Source of the DNA: Marsupella aquatica
Taxonomy: Eukaryota > Plantae > Marchantiophyta
DNA: 64,000 bases
Assembly: GCA_973895155.1 (NCBI GenBank)
Contig: OZ316894.1
Coordinates: 11,944,828-12,008,827 of the forward strand
Reading direction: 5' to 3'
The notes under the pieces are model-generated. The model saw nothing but the letters and a program-made list of their open reading frames with translations, was not told where the DNA came from and searched no databases. Shown piece by piece: positions 49,261-62,925 of this stretch; position 1 is the first letter of the stretch; each line of letters opens with the position of its first letter. A program made the translations under genes and the position numbers.

Positions 49261-52200
49261 GCTCTAGCCCCCACCAGCCCCCCTCCCCCACCAGCCCCTC
49301 ACCAACAGGAACAGGACCCCTCCCGTGCCCTTTTCAATTCGGGGTCCGCCGGTCGTCCCTCCTGAGTCCTGAGCCCGCCTCGTGCAGACCGGGGACGGCG
49401 TGAACAGAACGGGGTCCAGTTCCCCCGATGACACGTTTGCTGTTGCCCAGCAGTCGATTCCCGAGACGAGCCCACACTCTCTCCGCAGAGCCGAACGTGT
49501 TGTGTTGTGTTGTGCTGTGTTGTGCGAGAGGGAAAGACAGAGAGAGAGAGAGAGAGAGAGAGAGGAGATGACAGAATGATGGCAGTGCGAAGGGGAGGAG
49601 GTGGTGCGGGCAGAGGAGGAGGAGGAGGAGGAGGAGGGGAGCCGAGGCAGCGCGAATGATGAGCGGGATTGGGGGGCAAGGGGGCGACACTGATGATGGA
49701 GGAGGCACAATCATCAATCTGAATCGGGCACAGAGAAGAATGGAGCTGAAGGGATCGGTCGGTTAGGCTATATTTGGAGGGGAGGGGAGGGGTGAATGTT
49801 GGGTTATGGGTGTTTGGTTGGAAGGCAGCGGAGGAAGCTGGGAGAAAGGAAAGGGGAGAGAGAGGGGAGGCATCGGAGGGGCGCTGGACACGGGGTGCTG
49901 CTGCATCATGGGTCGCGTTGTTGGTGAGCGTTGAAGGAAGAGATGAACAATGACAATAGCAGGAGGCGGCGGGAGGGACGGACTTGGGAGGCATTGACTA
50001 TCGACTGCCAGAGTGAGTGAGCAGCATTTAAAGGGAGGATTCCGGAATGGTTGCGCAAATCCGTTTTGGCGTTGCTGGTTTCCGGCGGTGCAACGACAGC
50101 CTCGCTCCTCTCATCTGAACAGCTGTGGCGACAGGAAGTAGGGCGCGTCGCTCTTTAGGTCAGAACGATTTTGGGAAGACCTCCCGCCACCCATCGCCCT
50201 CCTGCATTGGTGGTCACACCCATTTTCCCGGTATTTGTATTGCATTATTATTTCATTTGTTTGAAATTGAGGTTGGAGGTCTGAATTCTGCCTCCGCAAG
50301 ATCAGCGTCCGGGAGGTTCATTTTGGGGGGTTGTTATGTTTATCTTGGACATGCCCTTTATTCCCCTGCACGGAGCACTTGAAAGGGATTTCGTTCGCCG
50401 TTCTTTAGCTCGGCGACAGGAAAAACTCAGCTGCTCGGACAGAGGTCACCGGTTTCTCAAGTAATTTACTCTTCGTTTCGTTCTGCACGAATGAGTGCTA
50501 CAGATATTTGGTTTCGGTCTCGGTTTCCTATCTACCTTGGTGTAGCGTCAATGATGTGGTTTGCAACCTGCAGTCCATCCGATCTGTGATAAGGCACGGT
50601 GCCAAAACCTACTTTTGTCAACGCTGTGATGTTCCAAGCGTGTGGCGTTTTTATTGGTCATTCTATCTGGTCGCATAATTATGTCGTTTCAAACTTTTCC
50701 GTCTACGAAGAGAGTGTCTCAAGGGCTTTTGGATTACCCCATAGACTGAGTTCCTTGACCTACGAGGCTCAAGAATGACTTGACACAAGATCTGATACAC
50801 GGACATTCTGAAGTTATATTAACTTCAAGCGATCTTTCAAAGCGAAGCACCTTCGGAAAATTCACAATCGTCCGCCTTGGTTGGAACGAATATGATCGAG
50901 AAATGCTCAAACCTGCCCGAAACGTGTTGGTTGTTGCGAAAACGTCTATCTGGTTGCAATGTCACGTAGTTGTGAGGAGTTTCACTCACATCTATAGCAT
51001 GCGTTGGTATCACTGCTATGAGCACATTGACTAAGTGGGTTATCATCGTTACATAAGTCATTTGTGTGGAACCAACTTCGAAGTGATTTCCCCGAGAGCC
51101 GGGGCGCTATCGTGGATGGCATCGGTGGTGACTATTTAGCAGGGTCTCAGAATGTTGCCCGATTAGGTACATGAATTTCATTGGTTGCGGGTTTCTCAGA
51201 TTTATCAAGAAGTGATCGTCCTTGCGTCAATCAGGCGGAAAGATGTGGAATCTTTAGAAGTAAATGTCCGTGTAACTGTAACCTCAAGATCCCGATTTAG
51301 GTCGGGAACAGAATGACAGTAAATTGTTTCCAATTCTGCTTTGTGTATTTACCTCTGCCATGTAGAACTCAAGTGCCCTTGGCGTTATTTTTAGAGGATA
51401 TCATAGTCAGTGTTCACAGAATATTTTTATTTGGATATCACTCAGGTGCCCTCCGTGTTCTGTTTAGGTGATTTTTATTTTTAATCTAATATTTAAGAGC
51501 GGATACCGCACAAGTTGCCCACCTGCATTCAATGGCAGCCATCCTTCATCTCAGCGAAGGTTGGTATCTAGGGCATGAACCATTTTGTCGAATTGCATAC
51601 ATGTTAATTTAGTAACCTATCCCGTTGTCCATCTGCAGATATTTATTTTCACTTTTTGTGTTTTATGGGTTCATGTCCTGGATTTATTAGTCTCCATATG
51701 AGACCCTGTAAGACAAATACAGGATCAATTCAAATGGTGGGAATGACAGCGACCATGTGCATTTCCGAAAAAATGCATTGGATGTTTCCGGTGTCCCGAT
51801 CGTATGCTCTGGGAGCCGGCCTTGTGTTGCGTTAGGTTCTTTGCTAGGATGCCATGACTACTTCCAAAAGCTGATCATTTTTTTCGGTGATGCCTAAGCT
51901 GATGGTGTTGGAATTCCTGTCATGTGTTACAGATCAGATCCCGAGCGTGTGACAGAAGCTGTTCAAGAGGCGATATTGCATTTGGAAGTGATATGGTGGT
52001 TAGTAGAAAGCTCATTTCCCCACTGTACTAGTTGGACAGTTCCGAATTACTACTGGCAAATAATATTTTATGATTAGCCACTCGCATCGGAACCTGGGGT
52101 ATAGACCCAGCGAGAGGCTGCGACTGTAAACAGTTCTTTCAAAATCCCGACATTTAAGAGCGCAGTTTGCATGTGATTCATCTGTCAGCCGGCTAAAAAG

Positions 52201-52309
52201 GAAGTTTGATCTTTTGCAAATAGGAAACTGATGGTTCTGAAATTTGGCAGCTATTTCGAGAAAACTGAGTTTATTTAGGCCAAAATAGAGACTTGTCGCT
52301 CGTGGCACG

Positions 52310-54696
52310 ATGTCAGCTTTGGTTGCTCGCACCGGACGTCATCAGCAGCGTTATGATCAAGGGTATCGCCTTGTTGCTGGGTAATCCCTCAGAGGCTTTC
52401 TACTTTACGTCAATATTACCATCCTCTTTCTTGTCCAATTTCGTTCTGCTCAATAAACAATCCTTCTGCACTGGGTTTTCAGTGGTCCCGTTGGAATGAT
52501 GTAATTCACTTGAGATGTTTAGTGCTTTCCCTCGAAAGAGTTGTCCTGTAAAGAGTCCATGTATGAAGTTGTCTAGGTTATGGATTAGAACTTCCTCTTG
52601 TACCCGGTTCAATTACTGATGTCCAGGCAAATTTTTGTATCAAACTGGGCAGGTGGAATGAAGTTTCCCACAGCATTTCTCCCGCAGTTACTGAAGGTTG
52701 TCCTCTCGGCATCTGTACTTGCAAGTGCTAGATGTTGGGACTTCATTTTTTTCTTTTACCAAAAGTTTGACCATCGTGCTCAGTGTGGCATCTATATTGG
52801 AGTCTCCTGGTTGCAATACTTGAGAATACCCTCCTTGCGAATAATGTGAATGATCAACAATCTGTCTTGTGTCTCAAGGTGGATTGCAATGGCGAGTATT
52901 TTTTTGGAAATATTCATTTGGCTGATTATCATCTTTTTAGTTTTTTAGTTTTGTGACCTACTTCTTGATAATAGACCATCTTCACCTAAGGCACCTAAGG
53001 GTTCTCTTAATCCTGCAGTGTTTCAGCCTCTGAGGTATCATTTAGGGTTTAGGGTGGTAACCCTGAACGTCGTCTGAGGTGGGTAACGTATGTCTAGTCT
53101 ACGAAGTGCCATGAATATCCAGCAGGGGCTGAGATAGCGAGCTGACCAGCTGCCGTGCAAGACAATCCCAGTGTCAGATTAACCATTCCCTCCCGTCTGC
53201 ACACCCTAGTCATTGATGAATGTGAGTCTTAGCCTGTGAAGCGTTGAACCTTATCGAATGGGAAACCTGAGATCTAACAAAGCCTCTGGGTTGCAATGTT
53301 CTGCAGCTGCATACCTTACAGAGTCGTATCATCAGGTCTGGCTAATGGCAACTCAGAGCAAAATGTTGAGGTTCTCATGATCACCTCACAACGAGGTGAA
53401 GGTTTACTATTCCCGAAGGTATATTTCTGGACGGGTTGTATCATGGACTTATATGAGATTTGCTGGAGACAAAGCTTTTCTGGGAGTGTTGTAGTGTTGT
53501 AATGGAGCTGATTCGAGCTATCTTTTTTTGGAATAGATGTATATTTACTTGGTTAGCTTGCTGACAGTCATTTGTATCTTCATGGCTCTATCTTGGATTT
53601 TAGGGTGGGTGGGAAACTGATGAGACAGTGGAAGAGGCAGCTTTGCGTGAAGCTCTTGAAGAGGCTGGTGTGCGTGGAATTCTTAAGGTTGCTGGCTAAA
53701 TTCTTTTCTAGCACTCCATTTACCCCGTTTCCTTTGGATGAACGTGTTCCATAGCTACACATGGAACTAAACCACATTTTGTAAAAATGTTTGCTTGCAA
53801 CTGCAGCACTTATTTCTGTAGGGTGGATGTTGTTAACTCTAATTTGTAGTGGAAACAAGGGGAACTTATTTTAAGGCAGTACTGATTCGAGCGTGGAATA
53901 TTGACTACAGCCAATGTAAAACTTCGGAAAGGTAAAGCGGTGGGAGAATGATCATGACCTACACTTCATGAAGATACTTGAATTCGATGGAGCTCTAGGA
54001 CTTGTGTGTTACGACTTCTAAGCACACGTTTCTTGTCAACAGGAAAAGCTTGGTACTTGGGATTTTAAAAGTAAGCGGCAACAAGGGGAATATTGTCCGG
54101 AAGGCCTATGTCGGGTCAATATGTTTGCTCTCTCAGTCACAGAGCAGTTGGATACCTGGCCCGAACAGCATGCACGCCAACGACAATGGGTTAGTACTCT
54201 CGTTTTGTGAATGCAATAGCTCATCAAGATTTATTTGAGAAACCCATTGTAAGTATATGAAATGGATGACCTCAATCCTACCTCAATCCAATCGTTTAAT
54301 TCTATTACTTGAGAGGGATCGTTCTCGTTCTCTTCTAATTCCGTAAGTAATATAAAGTCTTAACATTTCTTCATCTACGAAGAATTCGCTTCTTCCACTG
54401 AGCTTAGTGTCTACGAGTCTTCAGTTTAAATGGGAAGGCAGTGTTATTGTTTCCATCTTTCGGCTGAATAAAAGCTTGGTCTGATTTGTTAGCGTGATGT
54501 AATTTGACGGAATGTTGTGATCTTGTTACAGTTTACGTTGGCAGACGCACATGAGCAATGCCGGGTGCAGTGGATGCAAGATGCTCTTGATAAGTGCAAA
54601 ACTTATCTAGCAATCACACCAAGTAGTTTGTCTCCATCTACAGTCCAACACTACAATCATTTGCCGAACCGTTTGCCAAGCCAGGCAGGTCATTGA
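52310..54696 (+). CDS. Nudix hydrolase, DIPP/Ap6A type (AtNUDT12/13/16-like). Exons: 52310-52380, 53307-53418, 53604-53687, 54043-54189, 54532-54696
   Basis: Splices in frame to MSALVARTGRHQQRY..RLVAGCIPYR..EVLMITS..LLFPKGGWETDETVEEAALREALEEAGV (Nudix box)..WPEQHARQRQW, with all introns GT-AG. Confidence 0.92.
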
Positions 54697-56624
54697 CATG
54701 ACTAGCACCAGTTTTTTAATTTGAAATGCACTAGATGGTGCATACACTAAAAAAGGTAGTCAGGTAGCAGTCCTGAGACGGGTTAGCAAGCGTAGCTTAG
54801 GTTTAGGCTCCTATGCTTTCGTGTCACTATCTTTGTCCAGCAAGGATCAAAGTGACCGGCATTGCAGTAATTGGGGACTAAAATTTGGATTTCAGAGAGA
54901 ATAGGCGGAAAAAGGACATAAAATTGATTATATCCATTCCAAAATTCTAGGAAACCAGCTGCTTGCTACTCCTGATTTTTGACCAAGTGAGCGCTGCAGT
55001 CCCTTGGTATCTGAAAACTGCAGATGGAACCAGATTCCAGACATGAAGGGATTGTGACTTTGTAGGCGGCTTATGTTTGTGTACTCATTGTTTTTAAAGT
55101 GTGGGCTGGACACCACATCCTTGCTTTGATAAAGAAATAGTCCAGTACATGGAACCTCTCCTGATTTGTGATGCAAAGTTTGAAACGGGCAGTCGTACGG
55201 TGAAGAACCTGTCTGAAGACAATAGTCCAGAGTGAGCTCCACATTCATTGCAGTTTGGTTGCAAATATATTATAAAACTGAAAATACTTTGACCTTTTGA
55301 TTTCTGGCCTTTTTGACTTCTGGAACAAATCTCCAGCTGGAGCTCATGAATTTGGGATAGAATTGTTCTAGATAAGCGGTCAAGATTCCGCTTCGTCAAG
55401 TTTTCGATTCCTCCATTGTGGCTCAGTTGCAACGAGTTTCGAAAACAGTGGGCAAGGTATTCAACTCAGGGCTTAGGTGCATTTCCTTTCACCAGGTGTA
55501 GTTAGAAGACCTGTCTCAACGGCAGGGTAATTGCTGCGCGTGATGGCTGTACTCTTCACAGTTGGGAGGGGCATGATTTGCGCCAAGCCATTCAAACATG
55601 AACGAGCTCACTTCTCATCCTCACTTGAGTGCGAGCAGCAAACTTCACATCCGATCTGTGCTTGAAGGAGACTTCAATTCTGCAGTAGTACTGCTGTAAT
55701 CTGGAAGCATACATCTCAATTTCCTAGTAACCATTAAGTTATTGAGTCTCAGTAACGAGAGCTGAACTGACATAAGTACAGTGCATGTCGTGATGCGATC
55801 TAGTTCCACCCGTGTTAGGTTCTCATGGCAAGGTTTTAATAACCGGCCTCAGAGTTCAGTAGTTTGACAAACTCGAAACTGGGACTCGGACTTAAGATCG
55901 GAGCTCTTTGGGTTGCTGACTTGAAGGACGACTAAGCTTCGAGATACTTACAATAGGTGACATAGTTTGTTACAAATAGTTAGTTGGCTTGGTAAAGTCT
56001 TTCACCTAGACTCACTAATTTCCCTGACCTAATGAATTTTGAAGAAGCATCTTCCAATTGCTTACCAGAAAGATTCTCAACCTAAAGGTCTCTACCTCCG
56101 AGATCTTTACGCTATTTATTAATTGTTTGCACAATTGACTTCTACATTTGCAGTTTGCTCCCCAACTGCCAAGCCTGATCTGATACTATAGATATTTTTG
56201 AATATAGTAATTGACCATTGTTATTTAAAATTCTGCAAGCAGAACTTGGACAACTTAACTTTGCCAATATCAGCAACAAAAACCTCTCGTGTTAATCCTC
56301 ACCCGTGCCGACAATATCACTGCTTACTCAGGTCATGCAGCCGCTGTAACTTAATTCAATTGATGGATCCATAACAATGACTCTCAGAAATCACCCAAGA
56401 TTACACAACGACAAAACTTCACACATGCATCCATAATCATCCAAAGGCGAACGGTGCTCGCCAGCAACATTCATGTGATCCGCCGTCCAGGCCCAGAACT
56501 TGAGAATTCTACAGAAAAAATTAGGACAACTCAGGCTACGCCTTTTGGCCAGACAGAAGTGCCGTATGCCAAATTCCTCAACTTGTCAAAAATATTTGAA
56601 TCTTTCGAGAAATGCCTCCCAAAA

Positions 56625-57368
56625 CTAATTCCGGTGCCTGTCTCGCCTTCTGAGCTTCCTCTGCTTGTGCTTGTTCATTTTCTTCTTCCGCTTTCGCTTT
56701 ACACTGCTGGCCTCTAAAGGAGTGATCTCACTAGTTTCCTCGAGAAAATCTAATGACGAGGAAGATAATAGTAGAGGAGGGGAACTACTTCTGCAATTCT
56801 GTCTAGTCACCGATAGGAGTCCCTCCATGTCTACAGCAGTCCCGGCAGCTGCTTCTGGAGTACTCTGAGACTCCATTAAACTCACTGATCTGTCGTAGCT
56901 TCTCCACTGCAGATACCTTGAAACGAAATCCTGATCCCTATAAATTAAGGCTTCATCTCCATATTTTGTGGCGGTCGCCCCGCCGTTCCAAAGCTGGTTC
57001 CCCTGCGAAAACCTGCAGCCATGTATTACGCCAATGCTCCAGTCGTCTGTCGACCTATCCTGCGAATTCTGCAAGTGCCAGCTGCGAATGCCTAAGGAGT
57101 CTTTCACCGAACACTTCTGCGCACTTTCAACACTCGACGCCGCCAGATCCAGCAGCTTTCTGTTGACATACCACAGCTCTAGTTGCCCTTCATCGATTCG
57201 CCCTTCCACAGAGGGACAGGAAGAGGAAGGGGAAGTCGCAGAGGAGGAAAACACAGCCAAGTTTTCAGAACAGCCGAGCGGCAGCTGCCTTCCATGATCG
57301 CAATGAAGCTGCCGACGAAGACAGCGAAGTCCAAGGGACGCAAGGGAGCGCCCTACCCGAGTGCCCAT
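56625..57368 (-). CDS. Mitochondrial mS38/COX24-like (DUF1713) protein, single coding exon
   Basis: N-terminus is Arg/Ser/Leu-rich and presequence-like. C-terminus SSVKRKRKKKMNKHKQRKLRRRDR is the family hallmark. First ATG is at 57368. Confidence 0.85.
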   Translation of the reverse strand: MGTRVGRSLASLGLRCLRRQLHCDHGRQLPLGCSENLAVFSSSATSPSSSCPSVEGRIDEGQLELWYVNRKLLDLAASSVESAQKCSVKDSLGIRSWHLQNSQDRSTDDWSIGVIHGCRFSQGNQLWNGGATATKYGDEALIYRDQDFVSRYLQWRSYDRSVSLMESQSTPEAAAGTAVDMEGLLSVTRQNCRSSSPPLLLSSSSLDFLEETSEITPLEASSVKRKRKKKMNKHKQRKLRRRDRHRN

Positions 57369-58259
57369 CGCCACCACTACAGATCTATCGCTCACTCTCT
57401 CCCTACAAACCGATCGAATCCCAGCTACCCAACACTAACCCACCCACCTCGATGACAGTCTCGCACCTGCTCTGCATCAAAAGGAGGAAGAATCCCTTCG
57501 CATTTCCGGCACCGTCTTCAGCGACCTCATCAAGGTGGGGGAGGCTGCAAACTCCAAACTCCGCAACATTCGAATCGCACTACTGAAGGACCGTATTCGG
57601 AAGAATGCTGCTGAACTCGAGGGCCAACACACTATGCAGCGAAGCAAACTCAGACGAGTGCGAAATTGCGAATGACAAGGAAGACATGAAAAGGCGAAGT
57701 CTCAAAGTCGAAGGGACAAGAGTTGGAGAGTCATAATAAACTGGAAGAGTAGTTTTAATTAGGCCATAATTGTAGGGGATGGTGATGATCCACTAGGGTT
57801 TTGATATTTTGTGCCCAAGAGTCTTTCAGTTTCAGGGCAAATAGAGAAGTAAACTATCTGGAAGAAAGAGTGGTTTAGGCCATAATTGTAGGGGATGTTG
57901 ATAATTGTAAGGTTTTGATATTTTGTGCACTATAGTCTTTTGGTGTCAAGGCAAAAAGAGTACTAAACTGGAAGAGTGGGTTAGGCCATGATTGTAGGGG
58001 GTGGTGATGATCCACTAGGGTCCCGCTAGGGTTTTGATATTTTGTGCCCAATAGTTTTTCATTTTGAAGGCAAAAAAAGTACTAAATTGGAAGACTAGGT
58101 TAGGCCATGTTGTGTGGGATGTTGATGATCCAGTAGGGTTTTGATATTTTGTGCACTATAGTCTTTCAGCTTCAAGGCAAAAAGAATATTAAACTGGAAG
58201 AATACTTTAGGCCACATTTGTAAGGGAATGTTGATTTTCCAGTGGGGTTTTGATATTTA

Positions 58260-58609
58260 GGCTCAACTCGCATGTGAGCGGCCTTTTGACAATATCGCCC
58301 TCAAACTGAATGATGGCAGAATCTAACTGATCCAGTGAACATTGCTGTGCCCCTCTCCTGTGCCAGGCCTGACAGCTATAATTAAGGATTTACATTGGTA
58401 ACTTTCTGGCCCTTAGAGGTCCTGACTTCAGCCTTGGGAAGAAGACAAAAAGGAGCACACTGACAAACAGAACAGAGGGGCACCAACTGCCTTGCAGGTG
58501 CACACGCTGCACTTGATCAGATCCTGCAAGCTAAAAAGGATCTGTTTTTTGCTACTTGTTTAGCTCTTGCAAGGACTGCACTCAGGACCTCCCACATGCG
58601 AGTTGGGCC
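58260..58609. mobile_element. Tourist (PIF/Harbinger) MITE
   Basis: TIR GGCYCAACTCGCATGTG and TSD TTA at 58257-58259 and 58610-58612. Confidence 0.88.
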
Positions 58610-58897
58610 TTAGTGCCCATTAGGCTTTCAGTTTATGGCAACTAGAAGAGCACCAAATTGGAAGAGTAGTTTAGGCCATTAATTGAAGGGTTGTTGATGA
58701 TCCAGTAGGGTTTTGATATTGAGGGTGGGTTTTGATATTTAGTGTCCAATTGTCTTTCAGTTTAAAGGCAAACAGACTTCAAGAGTACTGACCGGAAGAG
58801 TAGTTTAGGCCAGAATTGTAGAGGATGTTGATGATCCAGTAGGGTTTTGATGTTTTGTGCCCAACAGTCTTTCAGTTTCAAGGCAAAAAGAGTACTA

Positions 58898-60138
58898 CAG
58901 TGGTGGACCTCGCCACCCAGCGCCCTCACCAATCCCAGCACTTGCGCCTAAGTGCCCTTAGTGCCCGAACGCCTCCACGGAATACCTCGAGCAAGCCTCC
59001 CAGTGCCTCTAGCACTACCTGCGGCCCCTCCCATACGAAGCCGCACCTGCTCACCTACACGACCGCTACCCAACGGTCCTCACAGTCTGCACAAGCAACC
59101 AAGCACCTCGGTAAGTAACCCCCCGTATCTAGAACTCGCCAAGTCTAGTCTCCTAACTCAAGCTCAACAGACGTTGGTAAATAGGTCAGCGATAGGTCCT
59201 CTCGATGCCATAAGCCGGAACCAGAACCCACACCCACTGTCCGTCCAGGACATCTCCTTCCTTGGGCGCGGCCCGGGTTCCCCCTCGTACCTATCCATCA
59301 CCAACTGACCGCCCTGACCTCAGGACATGCTCATGGCCCAAATAGTGTAGCTTGTCCCAAAGCTTGTCCCAAGCTTGTCTCAACACGCCGGGACCAGAAT
59401 GGCCCCGACTCCAACAACCGCTCCCGGTTCGCCCCACTGATGGTCTAGGAACCGAGCGCCCTTGGGACTCAGTCTCCATACCTACTTGGCCTTGCCTCCC
59501 CAATGCAAGCTCCCTTGGGAGGCTGAACGTGGCTTGGCTGCTGTTCGGCAGGATTTAGCAAGCGGGCGAGCTAACACCCGCAAACCATGAGAACCCATGG
59601 CACCCCTGGACCCATCTGATCTCAGGAGGGCGTTCCAACGCACCCAAGAAGTCCTCCAACGGACTTCCTATTGAAAAGATATCGTCATTTCCGTTTGGCG
59701 GTTTCGGCCTAGGCCCAGTGCTCATGCCTAGGCCCTCAGGTCTGATCGCCGCTCGGGGCCCCCGACCGGCCCAACACGGATCGGGCCACAACTTGCGCCC
59801 CAAGCGTCCGTTGCCAATGGCGTCAACTCCATTGGCCTTGGGCCCAAGAGGAGCTCACTCCCAAGCCCTCAGAACTCAAAGCCCATCTGACGGTCCGGAC
59901 GGCCATCCTTGAGCCCGGCCCATTTGCCCTTGACCTGACCAGCCATAGGCTAGTCCAAGTCCTTAGTGCGTGTCCCCAGTTTGGCCCCTTGCCTCGCTAG
60001 TGCCACGTCTCATTGCCCACAAGTCTCCCCGTGCTATGTCCTCCCCGGATGGCCTATCCGGGCCTGGACCATAAGGGAGCTCGGCGTCAGAGTCAGCGAC
60101 GCCGGAGCTAAGTGTTAAGGTAGTCGAGTTCCGCGACT
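58898..60138. mobile_element. Non-autonomous hAT-like element, copy B (complete, ~1.24 kb)
   Basis: Imperfect TIR CAGTGGTGGACCTCG / CGAGTTCCGCGACT, with AGTACTA on both sides (7 of the expected 8 bp). Homologous to 1892-5538. Confidence 0.75.
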
Positions 60139-61391
60139 AGTACTAAACCAAAAGAATAGTTTAGGCCATACACAGCGGGGTTATATTCATTCCCCAATCA
60201 ACCATGGATCATGATATATAGTGTTTGATCAGTTTCCAAAATCACCATATTCTACCCAACCCAATTTTTTGTCTTGAAGATTTGCCCATGGATTAGGCTC
60301 TCCAAGGACTGAATTTCTCTTTTCCCAAGCCCAAATGTCCATGATTGAGCTATCCCATTGATTTTTGTGGGGGTCTCCCTTACTTAGCAGTGTTGATACT
60401 TGCCCCAAAACAATGCTTAAGTCTACTTAAGCCCTAGTGGGCTCTTTTCTTTCTCAAGGGGTACGAGGATGTGTGGCCCAGGTTTTTAAACAAGCCTCCT
60501 CAATTCATGGTCGAATTGAGGAGGAAACAAAAATGCCCTATTTGAGGAATGAAAACAATGAATAGATACAAATTCCTTGAATGAAGGAGCCTATACCAGC
60601 ACATACTTGGGCCCGTTGCTTGCCATGTAGGATCAGTAGACACGTATCATAGTTAAACGCCATCCAGTTCTTGTAAAGCCAACTGTAGCCTTTTCCAGTC
60701 ATTTTGTGGTCCAGATTTAATCTCAGAGTGAATATGAAGGTGTGCACATACACATTGTTACACAACATACATCTGAGCATACATCGCAATGTAAATCACT
60801 AACATATTTTTGCTTGGACACATCCATTTAACCTAAACACGTTGGTCCATTGTGTTAGGATTTACTCTTAGGTCTAGAGTAACGACTATACTGTAGTTAA
60901 GACTAACCTTAGTCGCAGACTTGGTTAGGTTAGTCATGTTGTGTACACTCTATACGCAAGCGATGTTTGCTTGGAGTGGAGGAACTTAGGCTCATTGTTA
61001 CGGAGCCAGTTGAGAGATAGGAAAAACTTGCATTATGGATGTTTGTGTTAGATATTTCTCTAGTCTTGTGACTCATGAGCTAACCACAGTTAGTCTAACT
61101 CGGGTTAGGACTTAGCTAATGTTAGCGGTAGTGCTGTTGTGCATATAGCCAGGGCTGATGCCAGACCCTGGTGGAACTTAGGCTCATTGTTACGGAGCTG
61201 GTGGAGAGATAGGGAGAGCTTGTGCTGTGGATGCTTGGTATGGCCGGTTGGCCTAGAGTGCAGTAAAGCTCTTGTGTGTTCCCGTGGACGTAGCCTCATG
61301 TGGAGGTGAACCACGTATCTCTCTGTGTCGACTATTGTGCGTTGGATGGTTCATGGGCTTGCCGTTACGAATGTCGTCTATGCTCAACAAG

Positions 61392-61403
61392 TGGTATCAG
61401 AGC
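61392..61403 (+). other. Primer-binding site complementary to initiator tRNA-Met
   Basis: TGGTATCAGAGC, 2 nt after the LTR end. Confidence 0.9.
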
Positions 61404-62925
61404 ATGCGTGGGAGGTGACGAGGTTTTTTCATGATAGGTTTTTCCAGCGTTCATTGTCGATGGTACATTCGGAGTTTCGTCGCATGAAACTCAAATGTAT
61501 GTGGTTGTGTGGATTGGTTAGTGAGAGGGCTTTCTAACGGTGGTTAGAACTCGTTGATCGGTATCCGTGGTGCGGAGGATTTGATGTTTGCGTCGTTCAG
61601 GGTTTATTCATGTTCGACGGTATTTTGGGGGAGAAACCAGAGATCGTTTCTTCAACGGTGTGAGCTGTGCGGTGTGCGGGGCGTCACATGTGATAGTGAT
61701 AGTTTGAGTTGAAGGTTGGAGTGTGCTGGTCGTTTTGGTATCTAGTTTGCTGACGTTTGCGGAACGAGTGCGTCGTGACGAGTGAAGGAGGCGTTCTGGT
61801 TTTTTGACAAGCTATGGTGCTTGTTTTTCCCTGAACCGGATTACTCGTCGTGACGCTTGACTCGGAGGAAGAAACGCGAAGTGCTGAGGCTCAACGGAGA
61901 GATCGTGGCGAGACGGTCGTTTTGAGTCCAGGATTGGCACTTGACGCGGAGTGAAGGCGACGCAACAGAAGTTCTTTCTCTGGTGGAGCTTCAGACGTGC
62001 CGGTGCAATTCGGAAACATTTTCATGTCGGCGGTCATCACTTTTCTCATTGGAAACCAAAGCGGAGGCGGCTGAGGTTTGTAACACGGCCTTTGTGTCAT
62101 TTTGGGCACATTTTTAAGGTTAGTTTAGGGCATTTTTTGCCCCAATACGGATCCAATACCCGACAAACCAGGTTTGCCATACGCCTCGGCGCGCACACCG
62201 GCCTCCCACACCCCTTTAAGCGTGAAAATGTGCTTTTTTGGGGCCAAATATGGCCAAAAACGCCCATATACGGCCCAAATATGCAAAAATATGTGCGTTT
62301 TGACCCCTTTAAACCAGTTTTTTCACATTTTTTGTTGTTTATACGTGATTCTGGCCGCGAATATGCGCGTGTTGCCACGAATACGCGCGCCTTTGCCAGG
62401 GGCTTTAAGACCCCTTTAGAGTGTGTTTTTCTGAATATTTTTTTCTCTCCTCCTCCTCATTGGTTGTGCCTCATCCCGGGCCCTGTGACCCTCCGTTTTA
62501 ACCGCTCCGACAGGGGGAACGGCCCCCTGTGAGCCCTGTTGGACTGTGCAAGAATATTCCCACAAAAACAGAGAGCTATTTTTTGGCCGTCCGACAAAGA
62601 TTCCGTCCGCCGAATGGTAGCTTTTTTAGTTCTTTTTCGGCAAGGACGTTGCCACTGGAGTTAGCAACGCGGCGCACCGATCACATCGCGATTCCGACGA
62701 CGGGTTGTACTTGGTATTTTGGTTATTCTCCGAGGTGGTCAAAACGGGGGAGTTTCCCAAGGTTTTACCCACCCCGACCAAAATTTGAATAACTTTTCCG
62801 TCGAATTTTGATTTTGATTTTGGCTTTCAGTATTGGACTCCTAGCTTCGTGGGCTACGCGGCGATGTTGAGTTTTGAGTTTTATGAGAAGTTTTGAAAAA
62901 AGACATTTTTTCGTGATTATTTCAT

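Larger units (their letters stand above)
57735..60170. repeat. ~110-125-bp tandem array (about 8 units), interrupted by two DNA transposons
   Basis: Unit AAACTGGAAGAGTAGTTTAGGCCATAATTGTAGGGGATGTTGATGATCCAGTAGGGTTTTGATATTTTGTGCCC..AAGGCAAAAAGAGTACT. Confidence 0.85.

Noticed and set aside
49350-49370. miR390-like site (TCCCTCCTGAG)
   Set aside because: Only 11 contiguous matches, poor flanks and no hairpin.
49299-49994. 231-aa Pro/Ser-rich ORF as a protein-coding gene
   Set aside because: It arises from GA/GGA microsatellite-rich low-complexity sequence that is open in several frames, with no domain.
53040-53055. Telomeric repeat TTTAGGG
   Set aside because: Only two units, in an intron. 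At most a telo-box.
57735-58897. CRISPR array or snoRNA cluster
   Set aside because: Whole units are repeated without unique spacers. TGATGA is present but there is no matching CTGA D-box, and the context is eukaryotic.
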